Positions 1 to 11,344 of a DNA stretch of 64,000 bases are shown here, one piece after another. Each line of letters begins with the position of its first letter. Positions within the stretch are counted from its first letter, which is position 1. The notes under the pieces were generated by a model that searched no databases, was not told where the DNA came from, and was given only the letters and a program-made list of their open reading frames with translations. Source of the stretch: Marsupella aquatica (lineage: Eukaryota; Plantae; Marchantiophyta); assembly GCA_973895155.1 (NCBI GenBank), contig OZ316898.1:5381079-5445078 (forward strand), given 5' to 3'. The translations under genes were made by a program, and so were the position numbers.

Positions 1-119
1 TGGCTAATACAAGACAAAAAGCCTGGTGAAGGCTTTTCATTGGCATGGTTTTGTTTTTTTGCCTTGAAAAAAGTAGCAGACCCATCCAACAGAGGATACA
101 TGTTCTGCTTTGGAATATA

Positions 120-525
120 CACCAGTGTAGAGTAGCCCACAAGGGGGAACAATAACCAGGGATTCTACAAGGGCCCATACCAGGAGGGTTGGGCCAGGGC
201 ACCCAAAGCAGTCATCCAGGGGCCTAGGAGAGACCAGTACACCCCACCCACAGAGAAATTGAGGAGATACTAGTAAGGTCCCCATAAATGAGATACAACC
301 AAGGCCATAAAATTGTTTTATGGCCAGGACTTACCATAAATGAGATATGGCCAAGGAAGTACAGGCTACCTGAATACAAAACCCATAAGAATCTTAGTCT
401 AAATAGGTTTCTACCCATAACATTTTGCTTCGTGGGGACCCCCCCATTGTACTCCCACCAGTACAGCCCACCCACATAGCCTCATACCCAAGGGATGGAG
501 GGGGATATTGAACCAGGGATTCAAT
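120..525 (-). mobile_element. Degenerate member of the same SINE-like family
   Basis: ccagggattc..., ataccaggagggt...agggcac, actcccaccagtacagcccaccc and ggggatattgaacc occur in the same order as in 17520-17700. Confidence 0.4.
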
Positions 526-693
526 AGCGAATTTTCGCCACCGGAAAAAGGCCGTTAATTACGTTCCCTTCGCATTTGTGTGCCTTTTGGTGTTTTGGTG
601 TGGAGGCAATTCAGTTCAATTGCACGCAGCAGAGGCTGAAATCGGGCAAAGCTCTATCTACTCCAGTGCGATCGTCTCACGCAGGAAGCGGCA

Positions 694-1629
694 ATGGTGA
701 TCTCCACCAGATGGAGTCTCGCTACGGGCCCCGTCCTCATGGTCGGGGCAGTGTTCGCGACAACCAAAGGCGCTCTCATTGTTGTGGGAGGTATGTTTTT
801 CGCTTTCTCGTTTGGTTTTCCTGTTCGCTTCTCTGACCTTTCTGTGATTTTTCATCCTTTTGGAGACGGCGTTGAAAGGTTTTACCGTCTCGTGCATCAT
901 CTGGCAGTGGTACTCGGTTTGTTAGTTTTCATGTTTCCGGATATCCGTCAGTCACTCGTCCCGATCTCAATTTGCATTCTTGAAATCGAGCTTCCATAAT
1001 TGATGTGGAATTGATCGACGCTTTTCGTCTCCGCTCCTCTCTCAGAAGTAATTGGTGAATTTTTTTCCGTGTTGGGTGATGCTTTGAATTGTGTCAGTTC
1101 CTGCTCCCTTTTCCTGGTTGCTATTTAGATACATATGGTTTTCTAGTGTTCAGTGAACTGGATTTTGGAATCTCGTCTATCAGTAGTTGGATGTCTGTCT
1201 ATCGCAGTGGTATAGAGAGGAATCCTCGAGGTCTGATCCCAGGCCTGGACCACCTCGATTACGGACCGTTAATTCTCTTGGAAGAAGAATCACCTTTTGA
1301 CAAACAGGCTTAGTCAAGCCTTTGGAGGAGTCATCCGAATGGCCCATAAGCAAACTTTGCCTTTGTCTCCGTCTGCTCCCCATTAGCACCGATGCTGTTT
1401 TGAGTCCCTATCAGAGTTCCGCAATCTGCCAACGCTACTTGCTTTTAATGTTCTGACTGTTTGGAACAGTAATTTTTTGGGTAAACTTTCTCAGTGATAC
1501 ATGTCCTATACTGTTTTCTGTTTCATACTTTCAATTCTCCAGAAGAGTCCATTTCATCTGACATTTTTGGGGGATGTCTTGCAGAAACACGGCAAGCCTG
1601 AAAGTCAGCCACGCAAAAGTCCAAAATGA
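694..1629 (+). pseudogene. Frameshifted copy of a two-exon microprotein gene (paralog of 10031-10947)
   Basis: Exon 694-790 (ATG...GAG|gtatg) and exon 1585-1629 (ttgcag|AAACACGGC...TGA) align with the minus-strand copy. Exon 1 is 97 nt versus 96 nt because of one extra base (ACC AAA G GCG versus ACC ACA GCG). The spliced product would end ...VVGETRQA* (37 aa) instead of ...LLWEKHGKPESQPRKSPK*. Confidence 0.7.
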
Positions 1630-1815
1630 GGCCTGGTTGGGCTGGCCCCGGCCATTGTTTTTACGTAGTACATATCATTGCCTCATATTGGACAATTCCA
1701 GAGAAGTAATGGAATCTCCTACATGAGTTTTGGACTTGATCACAGACAGGAAATTAATTATCCCGTCGCCGACGAGAGACAGATAGCCTCTCAGAAATCG
1801 GAGAGAGAGAGAGAG

Positions 1816-3666
1816 ATGAGCTATCTACTCCCAACCGTGAACTCGAAGGAGGACGTGGACGAGCTGATCTTCAATTGTATTGACAAAGTGCTCGTTCTGC
1901 GATTCGGCCGGGCCACAGACGCCGTGTGTCTGCAGCAGGATGATATTGTGAGTACCCGAATTCTGTACACCCTGTATTGCCATGTCCCGTTCTTTCCATC
2001 GTCGACACACTCATGGGCAGAGGTCGATGCGACGTAGCCTGAGAATCCGCGGGCTTCCCAAAGTACCGAGAGGCACAAATGTGACGCAAAAATTAGGGCA
2101 TTACGAACTGAATGCAAGCGAAGGGATCACAGTTTCTCTTGATGTCCATCAGAATGCTCAAAAATTTTCTATTAATTTTATCCAGAAGCGTTAACTGGCT
2201 CGTTATGAATGGAGAAGTGATCAGGAGCTAATTTCGTCCTCTTTCTACAAAAATATGGCATAGGATTCTCAAGGTATCTTTGTGTTGTTTGAGGCATGAG
2301 AATTCTTAGAATACATTGGCAGTGGAGAAGTGCCATTAGGGTCTCATGATAAACATGTTTTGCTGAAATTTGTGTCATCAAAGTTCTTAGTGGTCATAAA
2401 ATGTTCCAGACACTGGAAGTAAAGGTAAAATAACTGGCGTTTCCGAAACCTGTCTTGTTCTTGGATTTGAATGTCTTATATATCGGAGGCATTTGGTTTG
2501 CGAGGAATGTGGACAGCTGGCCAAAGCAGTGCGAGAAGTGTCCAAGTTTGCAACGATTGGCGTAGTGGATGTTGATGCGGAAGATGTTCAAGTGTATGTC
2601 AAGTACTTTGATATCACTTACATCCCAGCGACTATTTTCTTTTTCAATGCAGAGCACATGAAGATGGATTGTGGGTGGGTAGAAAACTGACTTCTTACTG
2701 ATGACTTTACTGCCACTATTGCCACCTTTCTGCCTTTCTGTCTATGTGCACTTGATGATAGATCATCAGTCTGTCCGTAAAACATTCCTCAAGTTCCTAC
2801 TTCCATTCAAATATCTCTAGTGCAGGCCCCCCTCAAAATTCCAATCACTTAGCTCCATACACAGTAGCCTGTAATTTCGGCTCCTAGATGTCAAATGCAA
2901 TTTCATGAGTACGTGAGATTTCCTTTCAATCCAACTGTCCCAAAGACCTGATCAATCCTCCATCCTAAGAAGAGATGGGACATCTAGTGTAGGTTGCGAG
3001 TAGCTGAAGGAGTAAAAGCACCACCTGCAGAAAGTCATTGGCGTCTTCCTAGTCAATGTATCCAAAGTCTACCAGCCGGGTGATAACATCGAACATTTTA
3101 AGAGTTTCAATAACAAGTTCGCCCTGGGTAATTGATCTCAAATTTGTTGGACCTGTGCCTCGGGCTTCCTTGAGAATAGGGTCTCAATTTTGTAGGACTT
3201 GTGCCTCGGGCTTCCTTGCGAAGTGGGTAAATGAGGCAGGAGTACAGATGCATATGCGTCAAGCGCATTTTTGGTTACTAACCCTCAACTGGGATCCTCT
3301 TTTGCAGCACTCCTGATCACACCAAGTGGATTGGAGCATTCCACAGCAAGCAGGACTTCGTTGATGTTGCGGAGGTATATCTAATTACCTACTGTAGGTG
3401 CTTTATTTTTTACCTGAAGACTTAATCCAACGGAGAGCCAGTTCTGTGACCAGTTGAACGGAATTTCTTAATGTACTCCACCTGCCTTGAATTTGTCCTT
3501 TTCCCACTGTAAGGACCCATTTGGACAAGAACATAGGGGCCTGATGGGATGTTCTTTCTTTCTGCAGACCATTTTCCGAGGAGCAATGAAGGGGAAGTAT
3601 ATTGTCACTTGTCCTCTTCCTGTGGAGAGGATCCCAAAGTTCCAGTTACTTTACAAGGACATATGA
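1816..3666 (+). CDS. TXNL4B: Thioredoxin-like protein 4B (DIM1B/Dim2), U5 snRNP/spliceosome factor
   Basis: Exons 1816-1947, 2517-2674, 3308-3374 and 3568-3666, all GT-AG with phases consistent. Spliced protein MSYLLPTVNSKEDVD...VLVLRFGR...FFFNAEHMKMDCGTPDHTKWIGAF...FRGAMKGKYIVTCPLP...LLYKDI* matches the Dim1 family, B subtype (HMKMDxGTPDHTKW). Confidence 0.9.
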
Positions 3667-5853
3667 GGCAAAATCCATGCTTTGCCATTCTGGCCATGAG
3701 TCAACTGCAGCAGTCTGGTGTTGCCTATATAAGTGAGACCAGGCGCCATGAAGAAGCGTTGCGTTGCCCTCAGGAACGGACAATGGATAGGTTTCATCAC
3801 AGTTTTCATCTGCAACAACATAGACCTTGTTTGGAGGTCAAATCAGATGAGGTCAAAAGAGAAATTATTCTGATTCCAGAAAGATTTCTCAGAGTTGGGC
3901 TCATGAGTTTGCTTCTTCATTCGGAAGTTTACAAAGTTTTTACCCAATTTTGGTACCGCATGTAATTTAAATTCTCAGGATTGTCATCCACAAATAATGC
4001 TCCTCTCTTCTCCAGAGCTCCTCTCTTGACTTCTTACAATAATTGAAGTCTGGATTTCTCGCATTTACCTACATCGACCATTCCCCACACCAAATCGTCC
4101 TAACGAGCACAAAATTTCTCACATCTTTAGAGCAGATTAAATAGTCAAAACTAAGGCCCTGCAGAGACAAGGAATGTGGGACAAATAGCTTCTTAAACCA
4201 TGCGGTGGTGAAATTACATTCCTTTGATCAATCTCCGTGGGGAGACATTGCCGCGAGAAAAGGAGTTGAGACACAGTAAGACGACAAGGTAGTTGGAAAT
4301 AGTTTCTCCCTGATTTTAAGTTCCAGTATCCCTCCGGCTCTGCTCTGCATTTAAAGAGACAAACCCAGGAACTTGAAAACTAAACGTTCCAGGGCACCTG
4401 ACATTCATCTCACCCAATTCACGCGAATGGGCAAGGGGCAGAGACTTAAGTAGCGAAGACGGATGCGAGAGCTTACAATCATAATTTCAGCAAAAGGTCG
4501 CTAAGCACTTCCATATCTTGTTTACGAGGAGAGTACAATAACGGTACCTCACAAAGGCACGTCAGTGCCCTGACCTAAGGTGTAAGATTGCCTAATACAT
4601 CTATTCCATTTCACCATAAGTCGGAAAGGACCATTGTAGATTGTTTGGGAACTTGGAACTCTCCGATTTATTGAAGAGTTGCTCAAGACATCCATTGCCT
4701 TAGTGTCAAATCGATAAGTATTACCCTCTCTAGATAGCCAGAGATTGATGCAGCAGATACCGCTTGGTTGAACCAGCGTTGTACTTAGAGCGAGTCAAAG
4801 TATTGGCTCGATGGATGAATAAGCTGGACGTTGAAATGCCGTCCTTCTTTATGGTAATTTGGCATTGTGGACATTTGGGCTGAGGGCTTTGAACCTGTAC
4901 GTCTCATTTTGTATGGAGCCGACAAAATTCCATCGATTCACTTAGCCGTCAGAGGCACGGGAATAGGGAAGTTGTGGTCACAAACAGATCAATCAGAAGG
5001 GTTGCCAGTTAGGAGATGTCTTCATGGAGGAGGGATAGTGTCCTCGTTGACATGTATGCCAAATGTGATAACATAGCCAGCTCAACGAAGACCGGTCAAC
5101 AAAGTCCACGAACATGCCATATCGGGGACAACTTTTCGAGTTGCATTTGTGATACTTCTGAGATTTACAACCCCGGGGAAAGTGAAATCAATTATACAAA
5201 CGTGAGCATAGGAGGATAGGAATGTTAAGTCCAGGTTGACTATAGAGAAAGCAGCTGAAAACTTGTCTCAAACTGAACACGCTAACGTTTGGTTGACGCG
5301 GGCTATATACACATACACTTCATGTACACTAGGCCAAATCTTTAACCCCTTACCTTCAATATAGAGAGGCATTTTCTCTTCATCTTGTGTATAGATATAT
5401 CATCTACATTGAGACACTACTTGTGTGCTGTGAAGTGTAGTAAAGTGTAAAAGAAGAGTTTCACCAGCTAGTATCTTATCAATCCTATTTATTAGAAAAT
5501 CTCCATCTACTCAGATGAGATAGACCCACGAGCAATCAACGCTGACCCCCATCGATGAACATGAGTGTGGCTTCGGAAGGACATCAGCTTAAAGCCAACG
5601 GCAAGGTGGCACGGTGAACCATCCCTGAAAAGCTTCCGAGCACAATGTTTGCTTTTGGACTGGACCACGTCATGAAGTGTTCACTATAATTTTTAGTTGT
5701 CCAAAAAAGTGAAGAATAAATTCATCTGTGCAAGATGGAAAACGACACTTAATAAGGTCACATCGATTGGAGATCACAGGATGGGCAGGCAAATCATGTG
5801 CAGATGGCATCAATACCTTTACTGTACATACATAGTCATTCTATGGAGAACAG

Positions 5854-8800
5854 CTATTGTCGCGGCTCCAACTCTCCAACAGGTTGATTGCTAGCAAACA
5901 AAGGCTCCCTCCTCGTAGAATAAGTATCAGTGTCCGTTACCATAAAGTTCCTGGAGCTACTGCCAAAAGGTGTTGGATTCGCAACCACATAGCCCCTGGT
6001 GGGTGATTTAAATCTCCTCGGTTCAACAACGTTCTCTCTTTCTATAATACCGAGCCTAACAGTGTCGGCCTTTCCATCACCTGGGGTGCTAGAAGACGGC
6101 ATTGGAGGATTTACTGCCACAGCACCTCGTTTCCTATTCAAAAGCTGCCACATTGCCAACAACACTAAGCCAGATATGAGGACAGAGGTGTTCGAAAACT
6201 TGGCACTGAAATCAGCAGGCTTAATAGGTAAGTGGGACCGAAATACACCCACATATCCACAACCAAAACCTAAAACTATGACTCGATCTCTGTTGCTGGC
6301 CACCACTGGCCAATGACTCTGTGATATGGGTGTCTTTAGGAAAGAGAGAGCAATCTCTTTCAGCGGTACTGAAAAGATCAGTCTAGGACCTTCTACCCAA
6401 ATATTGGCATAACTGAACCCCGTCTGTGACGTAGTGTTGAAAACTAAAACATTATCTGGAGAAGCCGCCACAAGATAACCCTTCAAAGCAAGGGGAGCAA
6501 AAGGCCCTGGCATTTCTAACTGGCGCTTTTTCTTCACGTGGCACTCAAAATTAAGCATTTCTCCTTTCAGCACCACGGATACCAAATCTCCTTCAGCAGT
6601 GAAGCCATTTGCCTTCGATCGCCCGACAGCATCGAAAGCATATGCCGTAACTATTGTAGAATTCAAATCCAAACAAACGCTGCTTCGCACCTGCATGCTT
6701 CTTAAATCTAGTGTTCCTACTCCATTTTGTGTTAGGAACACCAGCCTCTGAGCATTAGGATTTCTCATGAATGCCAGAGGTTGACTAGGTGCTTGTGCGA
6801 CACCATGTAGGCTGCCGTTGTCTCGGAAAAGCTGGATCTTACCAGACTTGTCGACTACTACGGTGTACCTCATCTTTCCCACTTTGAACATTTCCAGATT
6901 CACTACTGATTCATTTGCTTCCCTACTGTACATCGAAACTTTAGTTTCCCCATCCCCATCATCCCTCTCCCCGGTGTTAGCACGAAAAGACTGAGGAGAC
7001 GGGGGTATTAGTGAGTGTAGAGTTCTAATGGACGAGATCTTAGCCCTGCCATCTTTCGAGCCAGATCCCGGCTCTGTTGGGTCCCATATTTGATGCACGA
7101 GAACTCCTCCGTCAGCATGGCCTGTGACCAATATCGTCTCAGTTTTCTGAAGAGTGTAGGATAACATGGCAGTGACAGGTGCGGTTGAGGTTGTTGGGTA
7201 GTGAAGAAGTAAATCTCCAAGCCACAAAAAGATGTACAGTTCCCCTTTCATATCTCCAACAACGTAACGAGTGTCTCGTCCACCCTCCAATAGTGGTAGC
7301 ACATTTATGCATGAAACCTCTCCATCCACTTTTACTGCTGAAAGCAAACTGAAGTGTTCTGACCAGGAAGGCCTGTACGGGACGATCAGCATGCCCCCTG
7401 CGGTACTTTCGCTCTGGCCCTCTCCATCCACAAGTACCACACCAATTTCACCTTGCGTTGACCCAATCTTTTCATTGGTCTCAAGCGTGTTTTGCTGCTC
7501 GCTAGTCTCTGCCAAGTGTAGAGATGAAATCTTTTCACTAGTCTCAAGCGTGTTTTGCTGCTCGGTACTCTCTGCCAAGTGTTGAGATGAAAGATCCTCC
7601 TTCTGCTCATGGTCTGGAAAGTCATCATGCGAAAATCTAGCATTTGAATCTTTGTCCCTAGGCGTCTCCCCGGGAAAGTCCAAACTCCCAAGATCCACTC
7701 TTGAACGAGTTTCCAGATTCCGAAGAAGATCTCCTAGTTGGTCTATCTGCAATTGTTGTGCCTTCACTAGTTTTTGCAGCTCTTTCACTAAAGTATTAGA
7801 GTCTGTCCCCAAGATTGGGCCAGGATAGTTTCCTCCGCCTGACATTGGTTGCCCTTTTTCTGGGCACATGTCCGCTCCCAGATCCTCCTCATGCAAGTTC
7901 TCAGGTATCCTTGTATTCATCAGAGGCGTTACAAAAGTATTAGAGTCTCTCCCCAAGATTGGGCCAGGATAGTTTCCTCCGCCTGACATTGGTTGCCCTT
8001 TCTCTGGGCACATATCCACTCCCAGATCCTCCTCATGCAAATTTTCTGCTATCCTTGTATGCATCAGAGGCGTTACAAAAGTATTAGAGTCTCTCCCCAA
8101 GATTGAGCCCGGATAGTTTCCTCCGCCTGACATTGGTTGCCCTTTTTCTGGGCACATATCCACTCCAAGATCTTCCACATGCAAGTTTTCAGGTATCCTT
8201 GTATGCATCAGAGGCGTTACTAAAGTATAAGAGTCACTCTCCAAGATTGTGCCAGGATAGTTTCCTCCGACTGACATTGGTTGCCCTTTTTCTGGGAACA
8301 TATCCACACCCAGATCTTCCTCATGCAAGCTTTCAGGTGTCCTTGCATGAATCAGAGGCCTAACTAAAGTAGTAGAGTCTCTCCCCAAGATTGGGCCCGG
8401 ACAGTTTCTTCCGACTGACATGGGTTGACCTTTCTCTGGGCACATATCCACACCCAGATCTTCCTCATGCAAGCTTTCAGGTGTCTCTGCATGAATCAGA
8501 GGCCTTACTGAAGTAGTAGAGTCAATTCCCAAGATTGGACCTGGATAGTTTCCTCCGACTGACATTTGCTGCCCTTTTTCTGGGCACATATCCACTCCCA
8601 GATCTTCCTGATGCAAGTTTTCAGGTGTCCTCCCATGAATCAGAGGCGTAACTATAGTAGTAGGGTCGCTCCCCAAAATTGGGTCAGGATAGTTTCCTCC
8701 GACTGACATTGGTTGCCCCAGTTCTGGGCACATATCCACACCCAGATCTTCCTCATGCAAATTTTCAGGTGTCTTTGTATGAATCAGAGGCGTTACTAAA

Positions 8801-9075
8801 GCAGTAGAGTCTCTCCCCAGGATTGGAACCGGATGGTTTCGTCCGACTGACATGGGTTGCCCTTGTTCTGGGCACATATCCACTCCCAGATCTTCCTCAT
8901 GCAAGTTTTCAGGTGTCCTTCTATGAATCTGAGGCGGCAAAGGCCGGCATTCAGGACACATGTCCACACCTAGGTCCCCTTCCCAATTCAACAAAGTCTC
9001 CTGTGCACAGAAAAATCTTCTCGCCAATTGGCAAAGAAGACACGCAATAAAAATGCATTTCCACAGTTTTCTCAT
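5854..9075 (-). CDS. Intronless secretory-pathway membrane protein, At1g75140-like, with N-terminal tandem-repeat expansion
   Basis: 1073-aa ORF with an N-terminal signal peptide, a repeat block, a coiled coil (LVKELQKLVKAQQLQIDQLGDLLRNLE), a plant At1g75140-like core (PSWSEHFSLLSAVKVD..CINVLP, ILVTGHADG, GKIQLFRDNG) and a C-terminal TM segment. The family call is from recall. Confidence 0.8.
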   Translation of the reverse strand: MRKLWKCIFIACLLCQLARRFFCAQETLLNWEGDLGVDMCPECRPLPPQIHRRTPENLHEEDLGVDMCPEQGQPMSVGRNHPVPILGRDSTALVTPLIHTKTPENLHEEDLGVDMCPELGQPMSVGGNYPDPILGSDPTTIVTPLIHGRTPENLHQEDLGVDMCPEKGQQMSVGGNYPGPILGIDSTTSVRPLIHAETPESLHEEDLGVDMCPEKGQPMSVGRNCPGPILGRDSTTLVRPLIHARTPESLHEEDLGVDMFPEKGQPMSVGGNYPGTILESDSYTLVTPLMHTRIPENLHVEDLGVDMCPEKGQPMSGGGNYPGSILGRDSNTFVTPLMHTRIAENLHEEDLGVDMCPEKGQPMSGGGNYPGPILGRDSNTFVTPLMNTRIPENLHEEDLGADMCPEKGQPMSGGGNYPGPILGTDSNTLVKELQKLVKAQQLQIDQLGDLLRNLETRSRVDLGSLDFPGETPRDKDSNARFSHDDFPDHEQKEDLSSQHLAESTEQQNTLETSEKISSLHLAETSEQQNTLETNEKIGSTQGEIGVVLVDGEGQSESTAGGMLIVPYRPSWSEHFSLLSAVKVDGEVSCINVLPLLEGGRDTRYVVGDMKGELYIFLWLGDLLLHYPTTSTAPVTAMLSYTLQKTETILVTGHADGGVLVHQIWDPTEPGSGSKDGRAKISSIRTLHSLIPPSPQSFRANTGERDDGDGETKVSMYSREANESVVNLEMFKVGKMRYTVVVDKSGKIQLFRDNGSLHGVAQAPSQPLAFMRNPNAQRLVFLTQNGVGTLDLRSMQVRSSVCLDLNSTIVTAYAFDAVGRSKANGFTAEGDLVSVVLKGEMLNFECHVKKKRQLEMPGPFAPLALKGYLVAASPDNVLVFNTTSQTGFSYANIWVEGPRLIFSVPLKEIALSFLKTPISQSHWPVVASNRDRVIVLGFGCGYVGVFRSHLPIKPADFSAKFSNTSVLISGLVLLAMWQLLNRKRGAVAVNPPMPSSSTPGDGKADTVRLGIIERENVVEPRRFKSPTRGYVVANPTPFGSSSRNFMVTDTDTYSTRREPLFASNQPVGELEPRQ
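7790..8975 (-). repeat. Coding tandem repeat, 144-bp/48-aa unit, with nine DLGVDMCPE-like motifs
   Basis: The string ccagatc(c/t)tcc..atgcaa recurs at 144-bp spacing (e.g. ~7878, ~8022, ~8166). About 7 full units plus partial terminal units. Confidence 0.95.
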
Positions 9076-10030
9076 TTTCTCTAATCTTCCCCGTCTCGTT
9101 GCAGTGACTGGTCAGGCAAAGGGAGATTGAGATTTGCACTTGTTCCAGATGTCTATACCGTTGGGGAAACATTAAATTGAAATGTTGCCAAGATACCAGG
9201 TGAATAGCGTATTCAACAGACTTCAGAGGTCCAGCCCTCTTCCAGCCTCCAACAATACCTCCCTGTAGAATGTTAACCAGCTAATCGATTCATCACTTAG
9301 CTCCAAACTGTCAATAAGTAAGTCAAAGGATGTGCTGGCGTCATAGTGAATTTACACATTTCTAGAAAGCTCATCGCCATCCATTGCCTGCATGACCACC
9401 CCACCAAAACAGAACAAGGGTTAGGTACAGCAACAGGTATATCCCATTTTCACTCGTAGTCCTGAATAACTTTTTGGTTAGAAAGGTCTCTTGTCTAAAG
9501 ATATCTAATTCCCCTAGAGGCAAAATTACCCTCAGACAGACCTAGTTAAGAAATAGAACGCAAGGACGGACTACATCCTGCAGCGACAGCATTGCCTGAA
9601 AGGCAGGTTTAAGCAAACAGCGATCGGTCATGACCTCTGGGCACCTGTTTACCCAAGGTGAATAAATTCGCCAGCTTGATAATCATTTCAACCAACTGTC
9701 AGTTGAAATCAGCACAGTAATTCTGTTGACAGCACTCTGATCTCTCAACATCAAACCAGTCATATCATGTTGGTCACAATTGTACCTTGGCCTAAGACAT
9801 TATTGTCGACTCAAATCGTTGGATCCCCCTGGAAGATTCTTAAGGATGTGCAGTGTGGGACCACAACCCTGCTCACCAAACTTTAGAGAACGCCCAACGG
9901 AAGAGCTCGATTATTCAATTCCGAAACTTAAGTAAGAAATTCTGCTATCTCTGGAATTGTCCAAAATAAGACCATGATGTGCACTGCATACAAAGTGTGC
10001 TCTCAGTGGACTAGCCAGCCCAAGCAGGGC

Positions 10031-10947
10031 TCAACTTGGATTTTTGGGTGGCTGACTTTCAGGCTTGCTGTATTTCTGCAAAACATCCCACAAAAATTGG
10101 GTTGAATGGTCTCTTCTGGACGATGAATTCAACGTACGAAATTTTTCTTATTCGAGTTCTTATTCCCCTGAAGCAGTAGAGGACTTATATGAGGGAGAGA
10201 GTTAACCAGAAAATTGCCTTTCTAACAATTGGTGTTTGCAGGGTGCGGAACTATCGTAGGGACCAGAAACAGCTTGGGTGCTGATGGAAACCAGATGGAC
10301 AAGATGGCGAAGTTTACTTATGGGCTAGTCCGATGACTCCTCCCATCACTCAACTAAGCCTGTTTTGCCAGGCCGTGACTCTTCTTTCAAGAGTAATTTC
10401 TGATACTGTACGCAAGCGAGGTGGTGCAGGCCAGCGACTACAGCACGACCTTGTCTATCATACTACCACGCTTGACTGCACTCCAACTACTGATAGAGGA
10501 GATTCCAAAATCCAGCTCACAGAACCCTAGAAAACAGTATGTATCTAAAGATCCACGACAGAAAGAGAGCAATTCAAAGCATCACCCGATACTGAAACAA
10601 ATCCACTGATTACTTCTGGAGAAGGGAGACGAAGAAAGCATCGACAATTCCAAATCAATTCTGGAACATCATTTCCCAGAATGAAAATTCAGATGGCGAC
10701 GACTGACTGAAATCCGGAAACATGCGGCAGTAGATTCCGGCGGACCCAGCAAGGAAACTAAAAAACCCAGAACCATTGCCAGATGGTGCACGAGACGAGA
10801 AGGCTCATCGACCCCATCTCCAAACGACGGCAATTCACAGAGAGCTCATACCTCCCACAAAAGTGAGAGCGCTGTGGTTGTCGCAAACACTCCTCCGAGG
10901 ATGAGCACAGGGCCCATGGCGAGATTCCATCTGGTGGAGATCACCAT
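10031..10947 (-). CDS. 46-aa single-TM microprotein, two exons: MVISTRWNLAMGPVLILGGVFATTTALSLLWE|KYSKPESQPPKNPS*
   Basis: Exon 1 is 10947-10852 (96 nt, GAG|gtatg donor). Exon 2 is 10075-10031 (ttttgcag| acceptor, TGA). Start, splice sites and stop are all kept in the diverged paralog at 694-1629. Confidence 0.75.
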
Positions 10948-11344
10948 CGCTGCTCTCGCTGCGTGAGAATGGTGATCGCACTTAGAGCTTGCTCGATTTC
11001 TGCGTGCAATTGAATTGCAGTCAGACCCAAAGCGCTGAAATGCCCAGTGAAGCTATGTTCTCGACTCACCCCCACTCGTTTCCTTGCAGCTGAGGGTTTC
11101 ATGAGCAGTAGGTTGCGTAAGGTCCAATAAGGTGACTGCTTTGCAAACTGGCACGTGTCACTGCAGCTTTTCTATTGCTTATAAACTAGTGAAGGAGGTG
11201 CGGTGGGGACTCCTTTTAATATTTTTTAGGTGGAGGTGACTGTGCACCATGAAATGTATTCCAGCATTAGAAAAAGAAAACAATCATGAGGGAATGGGGC
11301 AAATTACTGGCACCATCCTGAAAACTGAACAGGGGCCAGTGTTT

